A DNA stretch of 61,908 bases, filler included, from Candidatus Delongbacteria bacterium (lineage in GTDB: Bacteria > UBA4055): NCBI GenBank assembly GCA_016937995.1. It is 6 parts of 6 records of this genome, joined end to end, with 100 filler letters (N's around TTAATTAATTAA, not from the genome) between each part and the next. Parts side by side here need not be neighbours in the genome. Positions count along the whole stretch, not along the records: positions 4,913 to 16,199 come from JAFGVM010000058.1; positions 16,300 to 27,599 come from JAFGVM010000059.1; 4 more parts are not named here. One strand, given 5' to 3'. Below are positions 9,968 through 19,602 of the stretch, one piece after another; the stretch's first letter is position 1; each line of letters begins with the position of its first letter. Below the pieces are notes generated by a model. It was not told where the DNA came from. It saw nothing but the letters and a program-made list of their open reading frames with translations, and did not search any database. A program made the position numbers and the translations under genes.

Positions 9968-10927
9968 TTAATCGAATTTTATAATATTTCTTACTCTGAT
10001 CGAATTTATTATATCTCTGTGTTTTTTTGTGTCGATAGAAAGATTTTTTAGTATTTCAACAATCATAGGATCATCTGAGTCGAACAGCTTGAACAGATCT
10101 TTCTCAATTATCGAATTTTCTAAAATAAAAGCGAATGAATATGCCATTTCAAGAGTGTATTCATCAGTAAATACTTTTGCCATTTCATTCTTAACATTAT
10201 TAATTGAAACTTTTACTTCTTCAAGGGAGCTGTCTCGATGGTCAAATCTGATCAACCCCTCGTTAATTTTTATAATGATCTGTTTGATCCATGCTTCGTG
10301 CTTTTTTTCCTCTTCCACAAGAAAAATCCATACACTCTCTTTAGTGAATTTTTTACTGTAGTAAGAATACAATTGACTTATCATCCTTTCATGTTCGGCA
10401 TGATATCCCAACAGAACAAGTCCTTTATCTATCTCCTCTTTCAGCTCTTTATTCGTCTTACAATTATTTAATAATTCATCAAGTTTTTTCTCTAAAACAT
10501 CCTTATGCGATTCGGTGTCCTTTTTAAGATCATCCAATACTTTCTGAATACCTTTAAGATCACTCCAAAAACTATCGAACATTTTTCTTTCAATTATTGA
10601 ATTTTCCAAATTCTTTGCAAAATCAACTACTTCAGACAACTTAATACCGTATTTTTCCACTTTTAATCTGAAATCAACGATCGATTCTATGGATTTTGAA
10701 ATATATTCAACAGAATAATGCCTTTTATCAAACTTCACTGAACCTTCAACAACATTGTCTAATATTGATCTTAGCCAATCTGCATGTTTAAATTCCTCTT
10801 TAGACAAAAAATCCCAGATATCCATATCAGGGAAATACGCATTTAATACAGAATATAGATTACCTATAGCTTCTTCATGAAATGCCATTAGTTCTATGAT
10901 CTCAAAAATTTCTTCTTTTTCATTCAT
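9968..10927 (-). CDS. Ferritin-like (rubrerythrin-type) protein, two tandem domains
   Basis: Duplicated W.FL..EE.KH and LENSIIE...DT..H motifs. Confidence 0.8.
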   Translation of the reverse strand: MNEKEEIFEIIELMAFHEEAIGNLYSVLNAYFPDMDIWDFLSKEEFKHADWLRSILDNVVEGSVKFDKRHYSVEYISKSIESIVDFRLKVEKYGIKLSEVVDFAKNLENSIIERKMFDSFWSDLKGIQKVLDDLKKDTESHKDVLEKKLDELLNNCKTNKELKEEIDKGLVLLGYHAEHERMISQLYSYYSKKFTKESVWIFLVEEEKKHEAWIKQIIIKINEGLIRFDHRDSSLEEVKVSINNVKNEMAKVFTDEYTLEMAYSFAFILENSIIEKDLFKLFDSDDPMIVEILKNLSIDTKKHRDIINSIRVRNIIKFD

Positions 10928-11435
10928 TGTTGATCCTTTTCACTATATTTTCGAAAGAATTATACTCTTTCTCCTTTAAATATTCGTCCAGTGCTTTCTC
11001 TAAAATATTCTGATGGGATTTAGTATCCGTCCTGAGTTGAACAAGAACTTTCTCCAATTCCGGATCATCGCTGCTGAAATAATTTAAAAAATTCTTCTCT
11101 AACATTGAACTTTCCAGCTTTAAAGCAAACTTTATAGCTTTACCAAGTGTTCTGCCTCCATTTTCAACAATTTTCAGTTCATTTAAAACCTGTTCGATAG
11201 CCATAGTGATCGTTTTAACCGAAAAATGCATGTCACTGAAATCTACAGAACCATCCTCAACATTATCTTTGATCGATATTACCAGATGAAAATGATCTTC
11301 TTCCTCTTTTCGCAGAAAAGTCCACAATTTAAAATCAGGGAATTTTTCACTGTAAGAGGTATAAAGATCAGCTAATGCCTGCTCATTCCTTGCTAACAAT
11401 TCAACGATCTCAACAATTTCTTCCCTTGTCTTCAT
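10920..11435 (-). CDS. Ferritin-like (rubrerythrin-type) protein, single domain
   Basis: WTFLRKEEEDH and LESSMLE...DTKSH; paralogous to both halves of 9968-10927. Confidence 0.8.
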   Translation of the reverse strand: MKTREEIVEIVELLARNEQALADLYTSYSEKFPDFKLWTFLRKEEEDHFHLVISIKDNVEDGSVDFSDMHFSVKTITMAIEQVLNELKIVENGGRTLGKAIKFALKLESSMLEKNFLNYFSSDDPELEKVLVQLRTDTKSHQNILEKALDEYLKEKEYNSFENIVKRINNE

Positions 11436-11652
11436 AAATGATATTTACTCCATATATATACCTGAATAATGAACCGTCATATTTACTGTACATGTCATAC
11501 GTAAATATAAAAGTTAATATCGTTAAATAACAACTAAAAACTGTTTCCAAAAACTAAAATGGTCCTTGTATATGAGTTTTTTCATATTTTTTATAGACTT
11601 TTTTACATATTATTGTTACTATATAACTGAATAAAACTGAGGCTTAACTTAT

Positions 11653-13200
11653 ATGAAAAAGATATTACTTACAGTGCTTTTCCTTACATCAATGGTATTT
11701 GCCGGTGAAGGGGATGAACTGATCAACATTGGCGATATATCTTATCAGGATATGAACTGGAATGATAATGGAGACATTTTTTATTCAAGAAGAAATATAC
11801 AGGATATGACTTCTAAAGGACAACCTGTTGTTATTCATTTTTTCACCGCCTGCTACAGTTGATCAGGTATTCAAACGATGCCGGAGGCGTCTTCCTTTGA
11901 AAGAGCTTACAATAACATAAATCTAAAATCGGATATATATATTGTAGGTGCTTCTACAAATTTAAATTTGATCCCTGATCTTAAATATACCCAGGAAATA
12001 AATTTTATCCGTTATAATATGGCAACTGAAATTGAATTAGGACATTATTACAAATATTTTGATTTTGAAACTGACTATTATTCTAATTTCCTATTCATAG
12101 GCAAGAACAATAAAGTTATCGGAAAACTTGATTATTCAGCTACTCAGGAAGAATTAGAGAATATGTTCAATCTTACTTTAGCATCATTTGAAGGAATCCA
12201 TAAAAGAAAACTTATTGAAAATACTATTCTTACCGGTGAGACTGTATCCTTTGATCTTAGTGATTACATTTACATTGAGGATGGAAAGAGTGCTCAATTT
12301 TCAATTAGCGGTAATTCAAATCCATTAGCCGTAACAGGAAATATTGGAAATGGTAAATTGAATTTGATAAAAGGAGAATACACCGGAAGTTCGAAAATGA
12401 CCGTTCAGGTAAAAGTTCCCGAGAAAGAGATATATTTCAATATGGATTTCTACGTTTTCAGTGCATTGGGAGAGAGTGAGGATTTCGAATACGATTTACT
12501 TACTGAAAGTAATCTTCCATGGGATAATGACAGAGAGGAATGGATCATAGCAGAAGATTTTTCTTTTACTGGAAATTATTCGATCAGATCCGGAGATATA
12601 GTGGACAAACTATCCACAACTCTATCTTTGACAATAAATCTGGAGAACCCTGATTTTATAAGTTTCGCATACAGAACATCTTCTGAAGTTGGGGGTGACA
12701 CCTTAAGTTTTCACGTTGATAATACTTTAATGAACTTTTCAGACCCCGTTTCCTTATGGTCAGGTTATAATGACTGGAGAGTAGTGACCTATAATTTACG
12801 TCCTGGAGAGCATATTTTAAAATGGACATATTCAAAGAATGATTTTGGAAGTGTTGGAGACGATTGTGTTTGGCTTGATGCTGTTGTTCTCCCTGTTAAT
12901 TCTGTTGTGGGTAGTGGGATAGAGAACGATAAATTACCTTCCTCACTTGATATTTCAAATTATCCGAACCCTTTCAATCCTGATACCACTATTGATTTCT
13001 CACTTAACAGAGCTTCTAATGTAATATTAAGTATATATGACATGAACGGTCAGATAGTTGAAAAAATTCACGAAGGATTTACTCAGGCAGGAAATTACTC
13101 TCATAATTTCAACGGGGACAATATCTCCAGTGGAATATATTATGCTGTTATTAAAACTGAGAATCAACAGAAAGTTTCAAAAATGATCCTTGTAAAATAA
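11653..13200 (+). CDS. Probable secreted selenoprotein (515 aa, Sec70): thioredoxin-like CxxU domain, beta-sandwich domains and an NYPNPFNP C-terminal sorting domain
   Basis: ORFs 11653-11862 and 11878-13200 are in one frame, separated only by TGA (11860-62) in PVVIHFFTACYS-U. SECIS-like hairpin follows; signal peptide present; selA on the same contig. Confidence 0.8.
11870..11901 (+). promoter_or_regulatory. Bacterial SECIS-like hairpin
   Basis: TTCAAA-C-GATGCC-GGA-GGCGTC-TTCC-TTTGAA; the G-initial apical loop starts 20 nt after the UGA. Confidence 0.65.
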
Positions 13201-13223
13201 TACTCATTATCTTCATATAATAT

Positions 13224-13249
13224 AAAAGGGTGATCAGGTCACCCTTTTT
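13224..13249. terminator. Bidirectional terminator between convergent genes
   Basis: AAAAGGGTGA/TCACCCTTTT stem. Confidence 0.75.
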
Positions 13250-13467
13250 ACATTTAGTAATTTTTCCATCTCACCTTTATCCGGAAAACGCCCCTCTGTA
13301 TATTTATCGAATACTGATTTACCGTCCAGAGTTATCTGAAAAATACCCCTACCTTTTTCTATCAGTTCAATTTCAGCATTTTTACAAGTTTCCAGAATTT
13401 CTTTTTCCACACGGGAAGCGAACGGGAAATAATCTCAATCACCGCAGTATATAATTTTGATATTCAC
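13234..13467 (-). CDS. SelT/SelW/SelH (Rdx) family selenoprotein, 77 aa, Sec11 (not in the ORF track)
   Basis: Manual translation: MNIKIIYCGD-U-DYFPFASRVEKEILETCKNAEIELIEKGRGIFQITLDGKSVFDKYTEGRFPDKGEMEKLLNVKRVT. TGA at 13435-37; Rdx hallmarks YCxxU, G.F.I..DG and RFP. GTG start overlaps the upstream TAG and has a GGAG RBS. Confidence 0.92.
13397..13430 (-). promoter_or_regulatory. Bacterial SECIS-like hairpin of the Rdx gene
   Basis: AUUUC..UUCC-CGUGU-GGAA..GAAAU; the loop (G at position 2) starts 21 nt after the UGA. Confidence 0.55.
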
Positions 13468-14780
13468 TATAATTTCTCCACGTATTTATTAAAATTCTTT
13501 GCAATATCCCTATAGATTTTTTCCAGCTCTATGACACTTTTTATTTCAACCCATTCATGTGCTCTGTGTGAATTCCAACCTACAGGTCCTAATACAAGTA
13601 CCGGTATCTTTGGAAAATGTCTTTTGAAAACATTTTCATCTGCTACAGAATAACCCATGTTGAAATTCATAAAGTGTATCGTTTTATTCACATTATCTTT
13701 TACAAATTGAGTAAAAGGATGATTTTCTCCCGTAAGATAACCTTCACTGAAAGGAGTAGGTCTTTCTTTAAGCTTTACAGAGCATTTCTTTAAAACTCCA
13801 TCAATCACTACTTCTCTTAATACATTATTATCATACAGAGAATTTATCATATCATCGAACATTCTTTTAAGCTTTTCGATGCTCATATTAGGTGTAAAAG
13901 TACAGTCAATGGAAATATTACCTTTAGAAGGGATAGAGAGAGAACCGTCCCCGCAGACAATTTTATTAACGAAGAATGATCCTTCGATATAATTTACAGC
14001 TTTTTTGTCAGGAACTTCACTATTGAAAAAATCAAATTTGTCATTAAATGTTTTTCTAAGATCTTCAAGAGCAGCAACGATCTTTGAACCTTCTACAGCT
14101 GCATTAATAAAACTCTCATCAAAAGAAATGGCTCCATGTCCACCTGTACCATGTACTTCAATTTCAAATTCACACCTCCCTAGTCGTCCGATACCAATTG
14201 ATCCACCACCATAGATATAATTCGGACCATCCCCAATTTCCGGAACAATTATACCTTTTACATCATCCATGAAACTCGATCTTACCAATTGATTTGCACC
14301 AAGTGAAAAAAATTCCTCATCCACTCCGAAACACAGCTTTATTTTATAATTTTCAGGTTCTACGTCCTTAAAAGCTTCCAACAAAACAGCGATTCCAGCT
14401 TTCATATCATTTGATCCAAGTCCGACTAACACATCTCTATCTTTTCCCTGAAACTCCAATTCTGATCTCTTTGGAGTTAGTGCATCACTTTTACTTAACC
14501 ATGGGTTCGAACTTACAGTATCCATATGAGCATAAAATAGGATAGAATTTTCTCCGGATCCTTTCTCCGCTAAAATATTAAAGAACTTATTACTGTCCTT
14601 ATCGGTGTGAACATATTGTTTATAGAATTTAAAACCATTCCCGTATAACTTATTAATTATGTATTCAGAAATTTCATTTTCATTTCCTCCCTGAATATAT
14701 TCTTTTTTTATCTTTTCTATTGTAAAGGGATTTCTTGAGTCTATCTTGATCAATTCTTCTAAAGTTTTTATAACTTCCAT
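13467..14780 (-). CDS. M20 family metallopeptidase/deacylase (ArgE/DapE-like)
   Basis: HMDTV, GSNDMKAG, DEE and C-terminal H..HE metal-binding motifs. Confidence 0.9.
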   Translation of the reverse strand: MEVIKTLEELIKIDSRNPFTIEKIKKEYIQGGNENEISEYIINKLYGNGFKFYKQYVHTDKDSNKFFNILAEKGSGENSILFYAHMDTVSSNPWLSKSDALTPKRSELEFQGKDRDVLVGLGSNDMKAGIAVLLEAFKDVEPENYKIKLCFGVDEEFFSLGANQLVRSSFMDDVKGIIVPEIGDGPNYIYGGGSIGIGRLGRCEFEIEVHGTGGHGAISFDESFINAAVEGSKIVAALEDLRKTFNDKFDFFNSEVPDKKAVNYIEGSFFVNKIVCGDGSLSIPSKGNISIDCTFTPNMSIEKLKRMFDDMINSLYDNNVLREVVIDGVLKKCSVKLKERPTPFSEGYLTGENHPFTQFVKDNVNKTIHFMNFNMGYSVADENVFKRHFPKIPVLVLGPVGWNSHRAHEWVEIKSVIELEKIYRDIAKNFNKYVEKL

Positions 14781-14880
14781 TTTTACCTCTGAATTTGTAA
14801 TGAATAAAATATACAAAATATCATTGATAAAACATAAAACAAAACTTTATATTTGAATGTTAAATAAAAAGGAGTGAATT

Positions 14881-16041
14881 ATTTCAACAGAAAATAAAAA
14901 CATTTTAAAGAAATCGTTTGATTATGCTACTGTACTAACTGTTTCTATGGCGCATTTGGTTGGAGATATGTATTCAGCATTTCTTGCTCCAGTTCTACCG
15001 ATCTTAATAACGCAGCTCGGTATTTCAAATTTTCAGGGAGGTATGCTCGATTTCGCAAGAAAGATTCCATCACTTCTTAACCCTATATTCGGTATTATTG
15101 CTGATAAGATCGATGCAAAATATTTTATGATCATAGGTATTATCATAATCACTGTAAGTATGAGCTTACTTGGTGTGGTGCCGGATTTTATAACCCTGTT
15201 TATTCTTGTATTCACTGCGGGATTAGGTACCAGTATCTTTCACGTACCAGGTCCGGTTATAATTAAAAAAGTAGCTCATGAAAGACTGGGTCTGGGAATG
15301 AGCTTTTATATGCTCGGTGGTGAATTTGCCAGAACTTTAGGACCTTTGCTAATACTTGGAGCAGTCAGTCTTTGGGGATTTGAAGGTACATACAGAGTTA
15401 TGCCGCTTGGATTAGCTGTAGCAGCGATATTGTATTTTAGATTCAGAAAGATCCATGTTCATAAAAAGATCAACAAAAAAGACAGAGGAAAAGCTGATTA
15501 TAGAAAATATCTCAGATTTTTCGTTATTATTACTGGAATTGTTATTTTTAGATCAGGTATGCATTCAGCTCTCACACTTTATCTTCCAACATATCTTACG
15601 CATAAAGGCAACTCTCTTTGGTTGGCAGGTATATCTCTTTCAATTCTTCAGTTTGCAGGAGCAGCAGGTACTTTTTCTATTGGGATGCTTTCTGATAAAT
15701 TAGGTAGAAGAAAAACACTTATAATTCTCTCTATTCTTAATCCTATTTTGATGTTCGCATTTGTTTTCTCGTCAGGTTTTATGATATTTCCAATTCTTGT
15801 TGTATCAGGCTTCATTCTTTTTGGAAGTAATCCTATAATTCTTGCACTTGTTCAGGAAAGAGATACAAAAAATCTTGCATTTTTAAACGGGACTTATATG
15901 ACAATAAGTTTCGTGGGAAGTTCTTCAATGTTTCTTACTGTAGGTTTCCTTTCCGATATTCTTGGACTTGATACAACATATTTGATAACGGCATTTTTAT
16001 CTATTGCCGCTATACCTTTTGTTCTAATGTTAAAGAAATAA
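14881..16041 (+). CDS. MFS transporter (Fsr-like); probable ATT start
   Basis: Multiple TM helices, G.IADK and GMLSDKLGRR motifs. The frame is open back to ATT codons behind an AAAGGAG RBS; the first ATG is at 14947. Confidence 0.85.
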   Translation: MSTENKNILKKSFDYATVLTVSMAHLVGDMYSAFLAPVLPILITQLGISNFQGGMLDFARKIPSLLNPIFGIIADKIDAKYFMIIGIIIITVSMSLLGVVPDFITLFILVFTAGLGTSIFHVPGPVIIKKVAHERLGLGMSFYMLGGEFARTLGPLLILGAVSLWGFEGTYRVMPLGLAVAAILYFRFRKIHVHKKINKKDRGKADYRKYLRFFVIITGIVIFRSGMHSALTLYLPTYLTHKGNSLWLAGISLSILQFAGAAGTFSIGMLSDKLGRRKTLIILSILNPILMFAFVFSSGFMIFPILVVSGFILFGSNPIILALVQERDTKNLAFLNGTYMTISFVGSSSMFLTVGFLSDILGLDTTYLITAFLSIAAIPFVLMLKK

Positions 16042-16042
16042 A

Positions 16043-16068
16043 AAAAGCCGACTGAAAAGCCGGCTTTT
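16043..16068. terminator. Bidirectional terminator
   Basis: AAAAGCCG/CGGCTTTT stem between convergent genes. Confidence 0.75.
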
Positions 16069-16087
16069 ATATAATAACAATGTTCAA

Positions 16088-16199
16088 TTATTTTGTTGCG
16101 TTAGTAGCTACAATATAATAGAACAGTTTTGCCTGATCAGCTGCCACTGTGTACTGGTTTGTACCAACTGAAGCAGCTAAAGTAAATGTTCCATAAGGA
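16088..16199 (-). CDS. C-terminal fragment of a probable surface protein
   Basis: PYGTFTLAASVGTNQYTVAADQAKLFYYIVATNATK*; resembles the DDPY...KFYYV domain ending the 32992 frame. Confidence 0.7.
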
Positions 16200-16299
16200 N
16201 NNNNNNNNNNNNNNNNNNNNNNNNNNNNNNNNNNNNNNNNNNNTTAATTAATTAANNNNNNNNNNNNNNNNNNNNNNNNNNNNNNNNNNNNNNNNNNNN
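16200..16299. other. Artificial contig linker
   Basis: N-TTAATTAATTAA-N. Confidence 0.98.
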
Positions 16300-16383
16300 A
16301 AGTCAGAGGAAAAAGTCTTACAGTTCGAGAGCCTCAGTGTGACTTTTCGACTTATCACTTACCACTTATAACTTATCACTATA

Positions 16384-17313
16384 ATGGACACGGCCATGAG
16401 AATCGGCATACTTACAGCAACTATAACGGAAAGCGATTTCTTTCCGAATATCATAGAGTTAAAAGATACTGCAGAGAAGCGCGGACATTCCGTTGATATT
16501 TTCAGGAATGGTGAGTTTAATTTGTTTGTTGAAAATGGAGCGACCAAATTATTCTATAATCAGAAAGCTTTTTTTGTGGAAGATTATGATATCGTCCTGA
16601 ATAGAATTTCTGTTAGAGAAAAAAGTAACGCTGAATATTATGTAGCTAATGAATTTATAAATAAAAATATCACTTTCTTTAATACACCCGATGCTATTGC
16701 AAAAGCCAGGAATAAGTTGCTTTCATTGCAAATAATGGCAAAACTGGGAGTGAATCTTACCCGTTCAGCTATTATAAGAAGACCTGAGGACCTTGAATTT
16801 GCAGTATCTCATTTTAATTACCCTCTGGTGCTTAAAAATATCTTCGGTTCACTCGGAAGCTCTACTCTGCTGATATATGATATCAAGCAATTGAGATCTA
16901 CATTTGATTATCTTTGGAATATCAACCGTAATGAAGTTATCCTTATTCAGGAATATATCGAATCTGATGACAGAACTATCTCCGATTTCAGGGTATTTGT
17001 TCTCGGTGATGAGGTTGTTGCCTCTATGAAGAGGACCAATTCGGATAATGATTTCAGAGCGAATTATAAAAAGGGTGCTGCTGTTAAGCTTGCTGAGATA
17101 ACTGAATTGGAAAAAGAGCAGTGTCTTGCCATTGCAAAAGAATTCGGACTTGATATTGCAGGTGTTGACTTTATCAGGACAAAGAACGGACCTGTTTTTT
17201 TAGAAGTAAATTCCAATCCCGGAATTGAAGGAATAAGAAAAGCCACCCAGGCGGATGGCTTTGACATTTTAGATAAGATCGTGGATTATTTGGAGAAGCG
17301 GGTAAAGAATTAA
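16384..17313 (+). CDS. RimK-family ATP-grasp ligase
   Basis: ARNKL, IQEYI, DFRVFV, FRAN, GVDFI and LEVNSNPG motifs. Confidence 0.9.
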   Translation: MDTAMRIGILTATITESDFFPNIIELKDTAEKRGHSVDIFRNGEFNLFVENGATKLFYNQKAFFVEDYDIVLNRISVREKSNAEYYVANEFINKNITFFNTPDAIAKARNKLLSLQIMAKLGVNLTRSAIIRRPEDLEFAVSHFNYPLVLKNIFGSLGSSTLLIYDIKQLRSTFDYLWNINRNEVILIQEYIESDDRTISDFRVFVLGDEVVASMKRTNSDNDFRANYKKGAAVKLAEITELEKEQCLAIAKEFGLDIAGVDFIRTKNGPVFLEVNSNPGIEGIRKATQADGFDILDKIVDYLEKRVKN

Positions 17314-17315
17314 TC

Positions 17316-17588
17316 CTACAATTTCTTTACTTCAGCGATCCCTTTCACTACAAACAGTTTCAAAACCATCCCGATGATCCATGCAAGCAATATCATAACC
17401 GGTATAACAATTGCCAGTACAGCTAGTATAGTGATCACAATTCCCAGAACAGTTGTAACGACGACACCGACAAGAGGCAATGCTACTATTGCGACCACAA
17501 TTGATACAAGTATCGCAAAAACACTGAGTAATATTCGTAAAAAGGGATTTGTAACTTTTTTATTATTAATTGTAATATCCAAAGCCAT
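17316..17588 (-). CDS. Small hydrophobic membrane protein
   Basis: 90 aa with a long hydrophobic stretch; AGGA RBS. Confidence 0.7.
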   Translation of the reverse strand: MALDITINNKKVTNPFLRILLSVFAILVSIVVAIVALPLVGVVVTTVLGIVITILAVLAIVIPVMILLAWIIGMVLKLFVVKGIAEVKKL

Positions 17589-17680
17589 AGATCTTCCTGC
17601 TAATTATTTTTTATAAATTAGATATTTAAATTAGAATAATCAATGAGTTTTTTTGAATGGATTAAACAACGATCATTTAA

Positions 17681-17781
17681 CGTATTTCGTAGGGGAGTCC
17701 TTCCACGGTCTCCCGCTTCTGTTTTATATGCAAAATAATCCCAAAGCGGGAAGGCGTAGAAGCCTTCCCCTACGAAATACG
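17681..17781. repeat. REPIN-like inverted pair of GTAG-type REP sequences
   Basis: Perfect 16-bp inverted repeat CGTATTTCGTAGGGGA/TCCCCTACGAAATACG and inner TCCCGCTT/AAGCGGGA. Confidence 0.7.
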
Positions 17782-17853
17782 ATCAATAAAAAAGGGCGTC
17801 CGCAAACACCCCAATTCTCAATTGTAGAGGGCTACTTACAACTTACTACTGCC

Positions 17854-19029
17854 CTAAATTCCCTCATAATGATAATCGTAAACCGAAAACACATTCTCTG
17901 TTATATCATATACAATGAACTTATCTTTCTTAAAATCAAACTTCATGTCTGTTGGAGTATGAGATTCAACCAGCTCGAGCTGATCAAGAATAATAGCATT
18001 CTGAAACTCCCCATCCTTAAAAACATCAATGTGCGGATTATGCTTAACTCCTGTAGCACACTTCTGGGAGACCCATACAAGAATATTATTATATTTATCC
18101 GCATACATACCGTTCATTACCGACTTCAGCTTACAATTCGGAATTATCCTTTCACCGTTCCATACAAAACCGGCAGTATCCTCATAATGTTTCTTCTCTT
18201 CCGGATTATATTCGATCCTTGCATTATGCTTTGATATTACACCAAGAAGGTCTCCTTTTGTATTTTTCCAGTGTATATGATAATTTTCAGGAAAATTCGG
18301 TGCGTAGAAAATATTATCCGTATAATAAGCAAAAGGCATGAAAATGATCTTTGCATTTTCTACATCTATTGGATCATATTCCGTCGGGATCTCGTGTATT
18401 AGGGTTTTTATTTTAAAACTCTTATCTTTTATTGAAAAACTGTTCCCTATTCGGACTTTATCATCTTCTGCTTTAAATGTCGGGAAATATCCAAGGATCT
18501 CATTTTCATTTATTCCAGTATCTGCAGCACCATAGTATAGGCCAGGTATTATAATCGTTCTGTGCTCTCCAAAGTTTCCATTAAGATCGAACATAGACAT
18601 TCTTGCCTGACCCGGTGATGTTAGTACCAATGAATCCCCTACAATAGCAATATCATTTGCACCGTCAATTTCAGCTGGACCGTTCCCTCTTGAACAGAAT
18701 TTCAGTAAGTATCTACCGTTTTTATCGTACTTGAATACTGTCTGTTTCGCAAAATCTAGAATATAAAAATTCCCATCTTTATCAATTTCCAGATCTGTAG
18801 CACCCGTAAATGTTACCATTGTATCCTGCTCAAGTCCCCCGATCTCAAATTTATTATCAATAACAAACTTTAGATTAGGATTTGCAGGTTTATTTCTGTT
18901 GCTATAATACTTCACACCGTCCTTTTCTGTAATTGTACATGTTTCATTCCTGGAGCAACTGACAGTCATCAGTGTGAGTAACAAACTGAAAGTGGTCAGA
19001 GTTAACAGAAATTTAAAATATCTCTTCAT
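17854..19029 (-). CDS. 6-bladed beta-propeller (NHL-like) lipoprotein
   Basis: Lipobox TVSC; DKDGNFYILD and FCSRGNGPAE motifs. Confidence 0.85.
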   Translation of the reverse strand: MKRYFKFLLTLTTFSLLLTLMTVSCSRNETCTITEKDGVKYYSNRNKPANPNLKFVIDNKFEIGGLEQDTMVTFTGATDLEIDKDGNFYILDFAKQTVFKYDKNGRYLLKFCSRGNGPAEIDGANDIAIVGDSLVLTSPGQARMSMFDLNGNFGEHRTIIIPGLYYGAADTGINENEILGYFPTFKAEDDKVRIGNSFSIKDKSFKIKTLIHEIPTEYDPIDVENAKIIFMPFAYYTDNIFYAPNFPENYHIHWKNTKGDLLGVISKHNARIEYNPEEKKHYEDTAGFVWNGERIIPNCKLKSVMNGMYADKYNNILVWVSQKCATGVKHNPHIDVFKDGEFQNAIILDQLELVESHTPTDMKFDFKKDKFIVYDITENVFSVYDYHYEGI

Positions 19030-19259
19030 TTTTTCCCCTCAGATTAATATTATTTATCAATATCTTACAATTTACATAGTAAAACTTCGTTACTTAAATA
19101 TACAACATTTATCGATAAAGTGTTAATTATTAAGGTTGAAGCAATATATTAACCTGTCAAAAGGTTTGCTGCTGCTATTATATGAGAAATTTTATCCATA
19201 CGTATCAAAAAAAATAGGGACAGTAAAAACCATCCCATATATACAATATCAGACTCAAT

Positions 19260-19544
19260 TTATTCATAAATACGGTTCAAATACTTTTCATAAATAGTAT
19301 CGTCCTTTTTCTTTATAACTTCATAATTTGAAGAATACGAATCAGATTTTTTTGTAATTTTTGACTCTTGCGTAGTAACAACTAAATCATCAGAGTCTGA
19401 TCTAAGTGAAGAAAATTTATCAAACTCAGTTCTGGAATTTTTGTCTACTTCAATTCTACCTTTATTTGCTTCTCCGAATATAATCGTAGTTAATAAAACC
19501 GCAACTAACATTATGCCGTAAATACACTTCCTCGAAATCTTCAT
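19260..19544 (-). CDS. Small exported or membrane-anchored hypothetical protein
   Basis: 94 aa, N-terminal hydrophobic segment, GGGAGG RBS. Confidence 0.7.
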   Translation of the reverse strand: MKISRKCIYGIMLVAVLLTTIIFGEANKGRIEVDKNSRTEFDKFSSLRSDSDDLVVTTQESKITKKSDSYSSNYEVIKKKDDTIYEKYLNRIYE

Positions 19545-19602
19545 TTTATCCTCCCTTTCAATTTTTATAGTTTTAAAAGTTGTAATTTATTTCAATTTAG
19601 AA

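Noticed and set aside
13230-13454. 74-aa plus-strand ORF in the track
   Set aside because: Antisense shadow of the Rdx selenoprotein gene.
17653-18234. 193-aa plus-strand ORF
   Set aside because: Runs through the REP element and antisense to the beta-propeller gene; no recognisable motif.
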